In this document: in pieces, positions 1-8,905 of the stretch | Position numbering within the stretch: the stretch's first letter is position 1 | Layout: each line of letters opens with the position of its first letter | Program-made: the position numbers and the translations under genes | Assembly (NCBI GenBank): GCA_022565155.1 | Contig: JADFKB010000002.1 | Location: 5,955-69,954 of the forward strand | DNA: 64,000 nt | Reading direction: 5' to 3' | From: Chloroflexota bacterium | GTDB taxonomy: Bacteria; Chloroflexota; Dehalococcoidia; DSTF01; RBG-16-68-14 | The notes under the pieces: model-generated | What the model was told of the DNA's origin: nothing | Databases searched by the model: none | The model's input: only the letters and a program-made list of their open reading frames with translations

Positions 1-390
1 CTCTTTTGCTAACGCCACCATGGGCAGCACGCCCTGGGCGTGGCGGACGTTGCCGTCCAGCGCCAGCTCGCCGAGGAGGACAGTGCTGTCCAGGTTGGCG
101 ATCGCCTGCTGGGATGCGATCAGGATGCCGATCGCGATCGGCAGGTCGTAGGCCGGGCCTTCCTTGCGCAGGTCGGCCGGGGCGAGGTTGACGGTGATGC
201 GTTGCCTGGGGAACGGGAAGCCGGAGTTCTGGATCGCGGAGCGGACGCGGTCCTTCGCTTCTTGCAGGGCGGCGTCCGGCAGGCCGACGATGGTGAAGTG
301 CGGCATGCCTCTCGCGATGTCCACCTCGACGTCGACAAGTTCGCCATCGAGGCCGGCCACGGCGCAGGATTGTACCTTAGCGAGTGCCAT
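1..390 (-). CDS. Mg-chelatase-like ATPase (YifB/ComM family), N-terminal part; gene runs off the left edge
   Basis: Reverse-strand translation from the ATG at 390-388 reads MALAKVQSCAVAGLDGELVDVEVDIARGMPHFTIVGLPDAALQEAKDRVRSAIQNSGFPFP, the conserved ComM/YifB N-terminal domain. No stop before the window edge. Confidence 0.7.
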   Translation of the reverse strand, partial: MALAKVQSCAVAGLDGELVDVEVDIARGMPHFTIVGLPDAALQEAKDRVRSAIQNSGFPFPRQRITVNLAPADLRKEGPAYDLPIAIGILIASQQAIANLDSTVLLGELALDGNVRHAQGVLPMVALAKE

Positions 391-653
391 CGGTAACTCC
401 GCGTCAGCTACCTAATCGACAGGTGATGTAAGGTTTGTTTTGCAAGATCGCCCTTTTTCTGTCTACGCCCTTGCGTACTTGCCGGTGCCAAGAGTGCGCC
501 GCGCTCCGGTTGCGCCAAGCAGAGTATGGCACAGAGAACGCCTGTTCTGCAAGTGCTGGCTCGGCGAGCGTACGGACACGGAAGCTTGGTTACTGGCACA
601 GCCTGCCTCCTAATCTTCACCTTAGCGACGCACCAGCTACGCCGACAGGTCTA

Positions 654-697
654 CCCGCAGCCGCACTGGTGGCGATTGCGTCCTGCGACCTAAGAGC
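654..697. repeat. about 44 bp repeat, copy 1 (matches 1998-2042 at roughly 86% identity)
   Basis: cccgcagccgcactggtggcgattgcgtcctgcgacctaagag compared with cccgcacccgcactggtgacgattgcgtaccgtgacctaacgaag. Confidence 0.5.
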
Positions 698-883
698 ATG
701 CGGGCCGACCCATGAGCGCATGTCAAGCCTAGCTAGGCTGCCACTGGCAAGCGCAGCCGGGCTTCTGGATGATATCTAATTTGAACTTGTCCTAACCTGC
801 CTCCCTTTTCCGGGTCCAGTACCCCTGAACACTCGCATCGGCACTGAACTCGCTTACGGGGACAGGTCGCCTGATCCAGAGAC

Positions 884-912
884 TTGACAAGAAGCGAATA
901 AGGAAGTATGAT
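884..912 (+). promoter_or_regulatory. sigma70-like promoter, TTGACA-17 bp-TATGAT
   Basis: Near-consensus -35 and -10 hexamers with 17 bp spacing, about 100 bp upstream of the zinc-ribbon ORF and ECF sigma gene. Confidence 0.5.
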
Positions 913-1009
913 ACTGGCATTAAGAAGCAGGGGTTCGGAATCCGGTAACTAAGTTCGATGGTGTGGTGAGCGATAGACGGATCTAGTGGGGAGGCAGAGG
1001 AGGCTAGCG

Positions 1010-1213
1010 ATGTTTCTGTTCAGGGCATGCCCACGTTGCCGAGGCGACTTGATTGTCGGGGGCGAGGAAGACGAATCTGCTGTTACGTGTCTTCAGTGTG
1101 GTTACGTGGGTGAGTTACCAATCTTGCAATTGGTGGAACCTGAAAGGCCAGGCCCCGTGCCTCAAAGCGGGCCGCAGCACGTAGCTAGTGTATCCCTCCA
1201 CAGCAGAGCGTGA
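1010..1213 (+). CDS. small zinc-ribbon protein (CPRC...CLQC)
   Basis: ATG at 1010 follows a GAGGAGG RBS. Two CxxC pairs. Lies directly upstream of the ECF sigma gene. Confidence 0.45.
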   Translation: MFLFRACPRCRGDLIVGGEEDESAVTCLQCGYVGELPILQLVEPERPGPVPQSGPQHVASVSLHSRA

Positions 1214-1313
1214 GGACGGGTTGCTCGTGGCGGCGGCCTGGCTGGCGCACCTCGTTGAGGGGAACGGAAAGCGCAGTTACTAACTTGGAATGATTTCAGG
1301 GAGGGGATCGGTT

Positions 1314-1862
1314 ATGACTGTAGATGGAATCAAGGAAGACGAGCGCAGGCTAGTTGGGCGCGCCATCGCTGGGGACGATGACGCCTTTGCGGCCCTGTAT
1401 GAGAGACATGTCGTTCGCGTCTACCGCCACCTGTACTACATGGTGGGTCAGGAAGCGGAAGACCTCACTGCGGAGACGTTTCTGCAGGCTTGGAAAGCGA
1501 TCGATAGGTACCAAATGCGAGGCGTCCCCATCATCTCGTGGCTGCTGCGCATAGCTCGCAACCAAGGGGTGAGCTATCTCCGTTCGCGCAGGGAGACGAA
1601 ACCTCTGCCCGAGGCATTGGCCGACAGCACGAGCAGGAGCGACCCTGAAGCGGCCACAGAGCGCCGGCTCGCGCTGGCGAATGTTAAGGATGCAATCTCG
1701 AATCTGGGTGAAGTGCAACGCCAGGTTCTCTCGCTCCGCTTGATGCAAGACCAGGATTACGGAACTGTGGCAGCACAGGTGGGCAGGAACGTGCCGGCCG
1801 TACGCGTCATCAAGCACCGGGGTCTGTGCAAAATTCGCGACCTTTTGCAGGAGGCCGTTTGA
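1314..1862 (+). CDS. ECF-type RNA polymerase sigma-70 factor
   Basis: Region 2 (FLQAWKAIDRY, SWLLRIARN) and region 4 HTH (QVLSLRLMQDQDYGTVAA) motifs. ATG at 1314 follows a GGGAGGGG RBS. Confidence 0.85.
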   Translation: MTVDGIKEDERRLVGRAIAGDDDAFAALYERHVVRVYRHLYYMVGQEAEDLTAETFLQAWKAIDRYQMRGVPIISWLLRIARNQGVSYLRSRRETKPLPEALADSTSRSDPEAATERRLALANVKDAISNLGEVQRQVLSLRLMQDQDYGTVAAQVGRNVPAVRVIKHRGLCKIRDLLQEAV

Positions 1863-1997
1863 ATCACCGCGGTATCAGGCTGGCCCGCCGATCGGGACGC
1901 CCGGTCGATTCCTAAGCAGAGGGTCGAGGGTTCTCGCGCGGATCCCTTCGAGGAAGGTGTGCTCAACCGTCGGCAACGTCTGGGCCGCCACCTCAAC

Positions 1998-2042
1998 CCG
2001 CACCCGCACTGGTGACGATTGCGTACCGTGACCTAACGAAGG
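1998..2042. repeat. about 44 bp repeat, copy 2 (see 654-697)
   Basis: Direct repeat. Together with copy 1 it brackets the promoter, zinc-ribbon and ECF sigma module. Confidence 0.5.
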
Positions 2043-2128
2043 CCTGCCCGCCGCAGGCGCGTTCGACGTGGGAGGAGAGACTCGAACTCGCGGTCCCTTC
2101 GGCCGCGTTCCCTCCTGCGGCGGGCAGG
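2041..2128. repeat. long inverted repeat / hairpin (16 bp arms gcctgcccgccgcagg and cctgcggcgggcaggc, about 56 nt loop)
   Basis: Perfect 16-nt complementary arms. Located between the convergent ECF sigma and GNAT genes. The loop contains a T-arm-like segment. Confidence 0.45.
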
Positions 2129-2223
2129 CAGGGCAGGCCTCTGCTTGGGAAGCTGAGGTGTGGTTCTGAGTCTGATGGAAGGTCCAGATGCCCAAATTGG
2201 CTCGTGGGGAACGCTACGTGGCG

Positions 2224-2874
2224 TTAGAGTTCGCAGCGGAGCTGGCGGACGCCCGGGCACTTGTAGACCGCTTCGAAGTCGGGATGCAGCTTCTCCTCGA
2301 CGACCTCGTACCCAGCTTTCTCGTAGGCGCGCTGAGCGTTGTCGTTACCAATGAACACGCCGATGTCGGCGACGGTCGCGCCCTTGGACCGGCCGCGCTC
2401 CATCATCTCAGCAAGCAGCTTGTCCACCAGACCGCGACGCCGAAACTCGGGCTTCGTCGCCACGTTCTCTGTGATCCAGGCCCCCGGAGCGTGTTCCGTC
2501 CCGACCAACCCGATCGTCCCCGCGCGCTTCCAGCCTTCCTTGATATCGTCCTGGGTCATGCCGATTGTCCGGCAGGCTTCTGCGATGCCCTCCTCGAGCG
2601 ACGACTCAGCGTCGAAGTAGCCCGTCATCGCGGCCGCGGGCGTGCCGTCGACTTCGGCGATAATGAAGCCCTGATAACTACCCCAGTGTTTCGTCTCCGT
2701 CGTCGCGAGCGCCTCAAGAAAGCGCAGAGCGTCCTTCTCCGAGCCGCCGACGAAGAAGTCCCACATGCCCTTGGGAAGGTGCGAACGAAACGCCGTGAGC
2801 TGCACCCAGGCGATGAACGGCAGGTGCTCCTCACGTGCGTCGATGATGCTGACGTCTAGCGCTTCTCTGACCAT
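2224..2874 (-). CDS. GNAT family N-acetyltransferase
   Basis: 216 aa ORF with an acetyl-CoA binding motif (RRRGLVDKLLAEMMERGRSKGA). Confidence 0.75.
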   Translation of the reverse strand: MVREALDVSIIDAREEHLPFIAWVQLTAFRSHLPKGMWDFFVGGSEKDALRFLEALATTETKHWGSYQGFIIAEVDGTPAAAMTGYFDAESSLEEGIAEACRTIGMTQDDIKEGWKRAGTIGLVGTEHAPGAWITENVATKPEFRRRGLVDKLLAEMMERGRSKGATVADIGVFIGNDNAQRAYEKAGYEVVEEKLHPDFEAVYKCPGVRQLRCEL

Positions 2875-3205
2875 GCCTGGATGCCTCCTTCTGGCAGCCG
2901 TAACGATTCCAAAAACTGGCGGCGGAACTACGAGCCATCTGCTCGCCAGCCTGTAGTACTGCCTCTGGGAGGCACAGGGTCCCGGCTATTGGAGGCAGAG
3001 GGCTGGCGTCTCCTACCAGTCCGCTGGGCGGCGTCAGGTGAGCACACGCAGCCTGGCCACGCTCGTCGTCGCCGAACCATACCGCCTACGAAGGCCGTGT
3101 GGGTCAACCGATTCATGCCGTCAATTCTACCTGTTTCCTTACCGTCGTCGATTGCGTCGGGCCACAATGGCAATGTGCTACAATCTCGGCCTTGAGGTCA
3201 CAACG

Positions 3206-3853
3206 TTGATATGGGGAATTCCGTTGAATAATCCCGAAAGCCCCGATGACGTACGCAGCTTCTACAACCGGGCGATGGAGGGGCCGCTACGCATGCTGTT
3301 TGGCCCGCTCGGCCTGCAGGGGGGCGGGTGGCCACTTCTGAACCTGGAGCGTTTGTTCGGCGATGCGGCCAGCCTGCTCGAAGTCGGCTGCGGTCAGGGC
3401 CTCCTGCTGGAGAAGGCGCTTCGACGGCTGAAGCCGCGGCGGGCCGTAGGCGTTGACCTTTCCGACGTGATGTTGGAGATCGCCTGGGAACGTCTGAAGC
3501 GACGAGGCAAGACCGAAACAATCCAGGTCGCACAAGCAGAGGCGACGACGCTGCCCTTCCAGGATGCTTGCTTCGACGGGCTGCTAAGCATGAGTATGAT
3601 CGAGCACCTGGACGAGAGGGCGCTGATGAAGTTCATGGGCGAGGCGAGGCGCGTGCTGAGGCCGGGTGGCAGGCTCTTCGTTTGGTCTTTTTCGCCGCGG
3701 AGCCCCATCGTGCTCGCGCGTCAAACAATGACCGGCCGTTCCTCGGACGAACTGCGCCTCCTGGCCATCCAGGCGGGATTTCGGGAGGCCCGGAGCCCCC
3801 GCGTGGGCCTGCCCTTCCCCTTCAGCTCGACCGTCCTCGCCTATCGAGAGTAG
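3206..3853 (+). CDS. class I SAM-dependent methyltransferase (start uncertain; 3167, 3206 and 3275 are in-frame candidates)
   Basis: Motif I LLEVGCGQG, then VGVDLSDVML and LRPGGRLFV. An extended -10 element TGTGCTACAAT at 3174-3184 argues for a start downstream of 3190. Confidence 0.7.
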   Translation: MIWGIPLNNPESPDDVRSFYNRAMEGPLRMLFGPLGLQGGGWPLLNLERLFGDAASLLEVGCGQGLLLEKALRRLKPRRAVGVDLSDVMLEIAWERLKRRGKTETIQVAQAEATTLPFQDACFDGLLSMSMIEHLDERALMKFMGEARRVLRPGGRLFVWSFSPRSPIVLARQTMTGRSSDELRLLAIQAGFREARSPRVGLPFPFSSTVLAYRE

Positions 3854-3895
3854 GAGCAACTGCCCGCCGAGGCAGCTTCGCCGTTGGAAGATGGG

Positions 3896-5797
3896 CTACG
3901 GAGGCAGACTATCCAACAGCCCTACGACATGCTGCAGGATCAGCGTGGAGTCGACCGCGTTTACTTGTCCATCACCGTTGACATCAGCGTTCTCGCCGCA
4001 CGGAAGGGTAGGAAGGAAGCCTGCTTCGTGCTGGAGAATGAGAGACGCGTCTATGGCACTGACATCGCCGTCACAGCTAACGTCACCGATGATGGCCTCT
4101 GGGGCACCCGCACCCAGCCAAGCCTCGTTCCAGAGGTATAGGCCTGTGCTTCCCAACCCTTGCGGAACGTTCTTCACGAAGCTGTGGTAGAGCGTGAAGG
4201 CTGTCCAGCTCATGATAGGCAGGAACGCCGGGCCCCTCTCATAGATCATTCGCTGCGCGTCCAACACTGCCGCTACTTGCGCCTCAGGGTTGGTAGTCGA
4301 CTTGGATGCCTGAATCGCTTCTTCGACTTCGGGATAGATGCCGCCGATGCCAACCGCGAAGTTGCGGTCGCCCTGCGGACCGGCGGCGGCATGGAAGTCG
4401 AGCGGTATCTCGGGCGTCTCGTAGATCTGGTTGAGCGAGAGCGACGAGTCGTAGTCCAAGTTCTGGTAGGCAGCCAGCCAGGTAGTGAAATCCTGTGCGA
4501 CCTCCTGGATGTTGAAGCCCGCTGCTTGCATCTGGAAGAGGAAGATCGGTAGATGCCTGTTGTGAAACTCGATGTCCGTCACAGGATAGATAACTCTGAT
4601 GTCGATCGAGTCAGATCCCGTGGCATCCATGATTAGTTGCCTCGAGAGCGCTGGGTCATAGGACTGGAGGACATCCAACTCTTCCGGCGGCAGCGCAAAA
4701 TTTCCAAGCGGCCAGTGGACAAGCCCGTTCGGCCTGCCGCCGCCGGGGCCGACGATGAGGTCAACGAACTGCTGCCGGTTCAGCGCATGCAGCGCCGCCT
4801 TCCGGATCCGCTCATCGTTCCACGGCGGTCGTTCCGGGTTCATGGTGAAGGAGATAAACGTGTTCACCGGGTCTTCCGTCACCAGGGCGTCAGGAATCTG
4901 TGCAAGCAGGCCGTCGACTTCCGCGCGGTCTTCCGCGCCGTAGGAATGGATCTGCTCATCGATGAAGGCGCTCCGACGTGGCTGGCGGTCGGAGAGGCGT
5001 ACAGCCTGGATCTGATCGAAGTACGGGAGCTGGTCGCCGTTCCCGGCCCGTCGGTAGTAGTTCGGGTTCCTGTTGACGATGATGCCGCCCCTTTCAGAAA
5101 AGGAGCCGGCTCGAATCGAGCCGAACGGACCGGCGCCGACGCCCTGAGCATTGATGTCGATCCCCTGCTCGAAGAACTCACGCGGGGGAATACAACCTCC
5201 AATCGGAGCGCCGATCCGGAACAGCGTATAGGCGTACGGCGCGACAGTCTTCAGCTGCACAGTTTGGGCGTCCGTCAGGCTGACCGAATCCAGCCATTGG
5301 TTGGTAAACGCGGCCATTACCGCACGGTCGTCTTGTGCGATTCGATTGAACCAACTCCGAACATCTGCGGCGTCCATGTCGCGCTCTTCGATACCAATCG
5401 TGTTCGGCGCGATCTTGACGTCCGGGCGAATCTTGAACAGGTACGTCTCTTCATCTGGCAGCTCAAAATATTCTGCCAGATCGAAGTAGAAGAAGTCAGG
5501 CTGGGTGCGCGAGCGGTCGACTAGACAGTTGTAGATCCGCGGAAAGATACTGGGGCCGAAAGCGACGCTGGTTACTGGATCAAGCGTTCCCCAGTCGCCG
5601 GTGATCGGGTAGATGTAGCGTCCGCCACGCAGGGCCTCACCCGCCAAGGCCGTCGTTCTGACACCTGGGAGCGCCAGGCCCGCACCGCTTGCCGCGCTGA
5701 TCGCAACGAGCCCGGCCGCGCCGAGGCCCGCTCCCTTCAGCAGCCGTCTGCGGGAGATTCTCGATCGTGTTAGCCGCTGCCAGTAGTCGCGCGCCAT
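3896..5797 (-). CDS. family 5 ABC-type solute-binding protein (peptide/nickel class) with Tat signal and C-terminal type I dockerin repeats
   Basis: N-terminal SRRRLLKGAGLGAAGL twin-arginine signal with no lipobox Cys. SBP_bac_5-like body. C-terminal GDVSCDGDVSAIDASLILQ and DVNGDGQVNAVDSTLILQHVVG calcium-loop dockerin repeats. Confidence 0.8.
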   Translation of the reverse strand: MARDYWQRLTRSRISRRRLLKGAGLGAAGLVAISAASGAGLALPGVRTTALAGEALRGGRYIYPITGDWGTLDPVTSVAFGPSIFPRIYNCLVDRSRTQPDFFYFDLAEYFELPDEETYLFKIRPDVKIAPNTIGIEERDMDAADVRSWFNRIAQDDRAVMAAFTNQWLDSVSLTDAQTVQLKTVAPYAYTLFRIGAPIGGCIPPREFFEQGIDINAQGVGAGPFGSIRAGSFSERGGIIVNRNPNYYRRAGNGDQLPYFDQIQAVRLSDRQPRRSAFIDEQIHSYGAEDRAEVDGLLAQIPDALVTEDPVNTFISFTMNPERPPWNDERIRKAALHALNRQQFVDLIVGPGGGRPNGLVHWPLGNFALPPEELDVLQSYDPALSRQLIMDATGSDSIDIRVIYPVTDIEFHNRHLPIFLFQMQAAGFNIQEVAQDFTTWLAAYQNLDYDSSLSLNQIYETPEIPLDFHAAAGPQGDRNFAVGIGGIYPEVEEAIQASKSTTNPEAQVAAVLDAQRMIYERGPAFLPIMSWTAFTLYHSFVKNVPQGLGSTGLYLWNEAWLGAGAPEAIIGDVSCDGDVSAIDASLILQHEAGFLPTLPCGENADVNGDGQVNAVDSTLILQHVVGLLDSLPP

Positions 5798-6000
5798 CGT
5801 GGCACCTTCCGCCTGAGTTCTCTGAGTCCTGTAGGCTGCGATAGTACCTCTCCTGTCGAAACTTGTAAAGCGCCTGTAACCCCCAGCGCTCTTCCGCGTT
5901 AGGGTAGGCAGGAGAGGGATGAGGAGAGGCGGGGCTCCCCTAGTCTCGCTCCCCCAGAGACGCCCGACGAGAGTCAGGGCGTCTTTGTTTTACAGCGATC

Positions 6001-6030
6001 TTGACAGGCCTCTAGCCTCCCTGGTATCCT
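6001..6030 (+). promoter_or_regulatory. sigma70-like promoter (TTGACA-18 bp-TATCCT) for the T-box leader
   Basis: -35 and -10 hexamers about 35 nt upstream of the leader structures. Confidence 0.4.
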
Positions 6031-6036
6031 CACGGA

Positions 6037-6367
6037 ACAATCGAATAGTAATCGGCTGCGATCGGGAAGAGTACGTCGCAAAGCGAGGCTTGCCCGCCAC
6101 CGGCGGGCTTAGAGAGCCGGGTAAGCTGAAAGCCGGCGCCAGCGCTGCGGCCGAATGGCCCCGTGAGCCGCGGACCGAACGTACTTCCACGGAAGGACAA
6201 GTAGGCTCCGCCGGGTTGGGCGCCGTTACCTGAGCCCAAGGTATCGTCCTTCTTCAGAAGGGCTGTACTGAAACGAGATGCCCTTTCATCGAGTAGAAAC
6301 GGGAAGGGCAAGTAGGGTGGCACCGCGAGCCTCTCGCCCCTATAGGGTGAGAGGTTTTTTTGTTTGT
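6037..6367 (+). promoter_or_regulatory. T-box riboswitch leader (Trp-type) with intrinsic terminator, upstream of trpS
   Basis: Conserved T-box sequence AGUAGGGUGGCACCGCG at 6311-6328. The UGGC bulge matches a tRNA with discriminator G (tRNA-Trp). Terminator hairpin cctctcgcccc/gggtgagagg followed by a U-tract at 6355-6367. A candidate UGG specifier lies in GAAUGGCC near 6155. Confidence 0.7.
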
Positions 6368-6407
6368 ATGGAACCAGGAACGAAGAACAAGGAAGCAGGG
6401 ACGAGGA

Positions 6408-7409
6408 ATGAGCGAGGACAAGAAGCGAATACTAACCGGCATCCGGCCCACGGGTGCGTTGCATCTCGGACACTACGCCGGAGCGTTGGAGAACTGGCTG
6501 CGGCTGCAGGACGAGTACGACTGCTTCTTCCTCATCGCCGACTACCAGGTCTCCGACAAGGCCGATGACATCGATTCCGTCCGCGAGGCCGTGCGCGAGA
6601 TCGCGCTCGACTGGCTCGCCGTCGGCCTCGATCCGGAGCGCAGCCACTTCGTAATCGAGAGCCTGATCCCGGAGCACGCGGAGCTGACGTTGTGGCTGAG
6701 CTGGTGGCTGCCACTGGGCATGCTGCAGCGCAACCCGACGCTGAAGGCAGAGATGGCAGAGCTAGGGTCAAATTCGGTACCCGTCGCCTTCTTTACCTAC
6801 CCGGTGATGCAGATGGCGAACATCCTGATGCCGAAGGCGCACCTGGTACCCGTCGGCGAAGACCAGCTGCCGCACATCGAGATGACGCGGGAGGTCGCGC
6901 GGCGGTTCAACCGCCTCTTCGGCGAGGTGTTTCCGGAGCCGGAAGGGCTGGTCGGCCGCGTGCCGCGGCTCGTCGGGCTCGACGGCAACGCGAAGATGGG
7001 CAAGTCGCTGGACAACGCGATCCAGTTGAAGGACGACGCCGAGACCGTGACGAAGAAGGTGAAAGGCATGTTCACCGATCCGACGCGCCTGCGCGCCACC
7101 GACCCGGGCCACCTCGAGGGCAATCCGGTCTTCATGTACCACGATGCCTTCAACCCGGACACAGATGAGGTGCAGGACCTGAAAGATCGCTACGTCGTTG
7201 GCAAAGTCGGCGACGTGGAAGTGAAACAGAAGCTAGCCAATGCCCTGAACGCATTTCTCGATCCGATCCGGGAGCGTCGCGCGCACTACGAAGCGCGGCC
7301 GGAGCTGGTGCGCGAGGCGCTCGCCGCCGGCACCAGCCACGCCAAGCGTATCGCCGAGCAGACGATGGCCGAGGTGCGGAGCGCGTTGCGGCTGAACTAT
7401 CTGGAGTAG
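6408..7409 (+). CDS. trpS: tryptophan--tRNA ligase
   Basis: Class I aaRS HIGH-type motif (TGALHLGHY) and KMGKS. The ATG at 6408 follows an RBS. The longer 6360 ORF starts inside the terminator. Confidence 0.9.
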   Translation: MSEDKKRILTGIRPTGALHLGHYAGALENWLRLQDEYDCFFLIADYQVSDKADDIDSVREAVREIALDWLAVGLDPERSHFVIESLIPEHAELTLWLSWWLPLGMLQRNPTLKAEMAELGSNSVPVAFFTYPVMQMANILMPKAHLVPVGEDQLPHIEMTREVARRFNRLFGEVFPEPEGLVGRVPRLVGLDGNAKMGKSLDNAIQLKDDAETVTKKVKGMFTDPTRLRATDPGHLEGNPVFMYHDAFNPDTDEVQDLKDRYVVGKVGDVEVKQKLANALNAFLDPIRERRAHYEARPELVREALAAGTSHAKRIAEQTMAEVRSALRLNYLE

Positions 7410-8903
7410 ATGATGGCTACCTACACACCAACGCTGGACGAAGCGCGCGCGCTGGCCGATCAGGGCAACCTGGTGCCGGTCTACCGCGAGGTGCCGGCGG
7501 ATCTGGAGACGCCGGTCTCGGCGTTCCTCAAGGTCGCGCGCGGCAAGCATTCATTTTTACTGGAGAGCGTGGAGGGCGGCGAGCGGCTGGCCCGCTATAG
7601 CTTCATCGGCACGGAGCCGTATCGAGTGCTGCGCAACGGGCCGCACGCCGCCCGCAACGAAGAGCCGGGCGATCCGCTCGCTCTTGTCGAGCAGGAGCTC
7701 TCGCGGTTCCAGCTCGCGCCCGTAGCCGGACTGCCCCGCTTTCACGGCGGCGCTGTCGGCTATCTCAGTTACGAAACGATTCGCCACTTCGAGCCGAAAA
7801 TACCCGAGGCCGAATTCGACCCGCTCGGCCTCCCGGACGCGATCTTCCTCTTCATCGACACGCTGCTCGTCTTCGACCACCTGCAGCATGTGATCAAGGT
7901 CGTTTCGCACGTCCGGCTCGACGGCGATATCGATGCCGCCTACCGGCAGGCTGTCTGGCGGATCGAGGAGCTGGTCGGCCGGCTGGCGAAGCCGCTGGCG
8001 GCGTTGCCCTATCGTACAGGCGACGGCGCTACGCCGCCGGGAGAGATCACGTCGAACATGAGCCGCGAGGAGTACGCGCAGAAGGTCGAGCGGATCAAGG
8101 AGTACATCGTCGCGGGCGACTGCATCCAGGTTGTGCTATCGCAGCGGTTCTCCCGGCCGACGACCGCGCACCCGTTCGAGATCTATCGCGCGCTGCGCAC
8201 GATCAACCCGTCGCCGTACATGTTCTATCTGGAGCTTGGCGACGCCCAGGTTGTCGGCGCGTCGCCGGAGATGCTGGTGCGCGTGGAGGACGGCCATATC
8301 GACTACCATCCCATCGCCGGCACGAGGCCGCGCGGCCGCGACGAGGCGGAAGACGCCGCGCTGGAAGCGGAGCTGCGCCGGGACGAGAAGGAGCGGGCGG
8401 AGCATATCATGCTCGTCGATCTGGGGCGGAACGACGTCGGCCGGGTGAGCCAGCCGGGTACTGTCGAAGTGACGCAGCTCATGGACGTGGAGCGCTACTC
8501 GCACGTGATGCACCTCGTCTCGCACGTCACGGGCCGGCTCCGCGACGATATGTCGTCGTACGATGCGCTGCGTGCCAGCTTCCCGGCCGGCACCGTCTCC
8601 GGCGCGCCGAAAGTGCGGGCGATGGAGATCATCGCCGAACTGGAGCGCGACCGGCGCGGCGTCTACGCCGGCGCCGCCGGCTACTTCGACCTTTCGGGCA
8701 ACCTCGATACGGCGATCACGCTGCGCACGATGGTGGTGAAGGACGGCGTCGCGCATGTGCAGGCAGGCGGCGGCATCGTCTACGACAGCGAGCCGGAGAG
8801 CGAGTACCGGGAGACGGAGAACAAGGCGCGAGCGTTGCTGCGCGCGATCGAACAGGCTGAGGAGACAGCGGCGGCGACGCCGCGCGGGAGCCTGGGGTAC
8901 TAG
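7410..8903 (+). CDS. trpE: anthranilate synthase component I
   Basis: 497 aa with chorismate-binding enzyme motifs. Its start abuts the trpS stop (TAGATG). Confidence 0.9.
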   Translation: MMATYTPTLDEARALADQGNLVPVYREVPADLETPVSAFLKVARGKHSFLLESVEGGERLARYSFIGTEPYRVLRNGPHAARNEEPGDPLALVEQELSRFQLAPVAGLPRFHGGAVGYLSYETIRHFEPKIPEAEFDPLGLPDAIFLFIDTLLVFDHLQHVIKVVSHVRLDGDIDAAYRQAVWRIEELVGRLAKPLAALPYRTGDGATPPGEITSNMSREEYAQKVERIKEYIVAGDCIQVVLSQRFSRPTTAHPFEIYRALRTINPSPYMFYLELGDAQVVGASPEMLVRVEDGHIDYHPIAGTRPRGRDEAEDAALEAELRRDEKERAEHIMLVDLGRNDVGRVSQPGTVEVTQLMDVERYSHVMHLVSHVTGRLRDDMSSYDALRASFPAGTVSGAPKVRAMEIIAELERDRRGVYAGAAGYFDLSGNLDTAITLRTMVVKDGVAHVQAGGGIVYDSEPESEYRETENKARALLRAIEQAEETAAATPRGSLGY

Positions 8904-8905
8904 CG

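Noticed and set aside
925-950. tRNA-like T-loop sequence gggttcggaatccgg
   Set aside because: Only a T-loop-like fragment with an extra G. No D-arm, anticodon arm or acceptor stem could be folded.
2057-2112. Possible tRNA 3'-half remnant on the minus strand (gagttcgagtctc T-arm-like)
   Set aside because: The T-stem has a mismatch and no cloverleaf is recoverable. More simply explained as the loop of a long hairpin.
6360-6407. Upstream TTG start extending trpS by 16 codons
   Set aside because: It would begin inside the T-box terminator U-tract. The ATG at 6408 has an RBS and gives a normal TrpS length.
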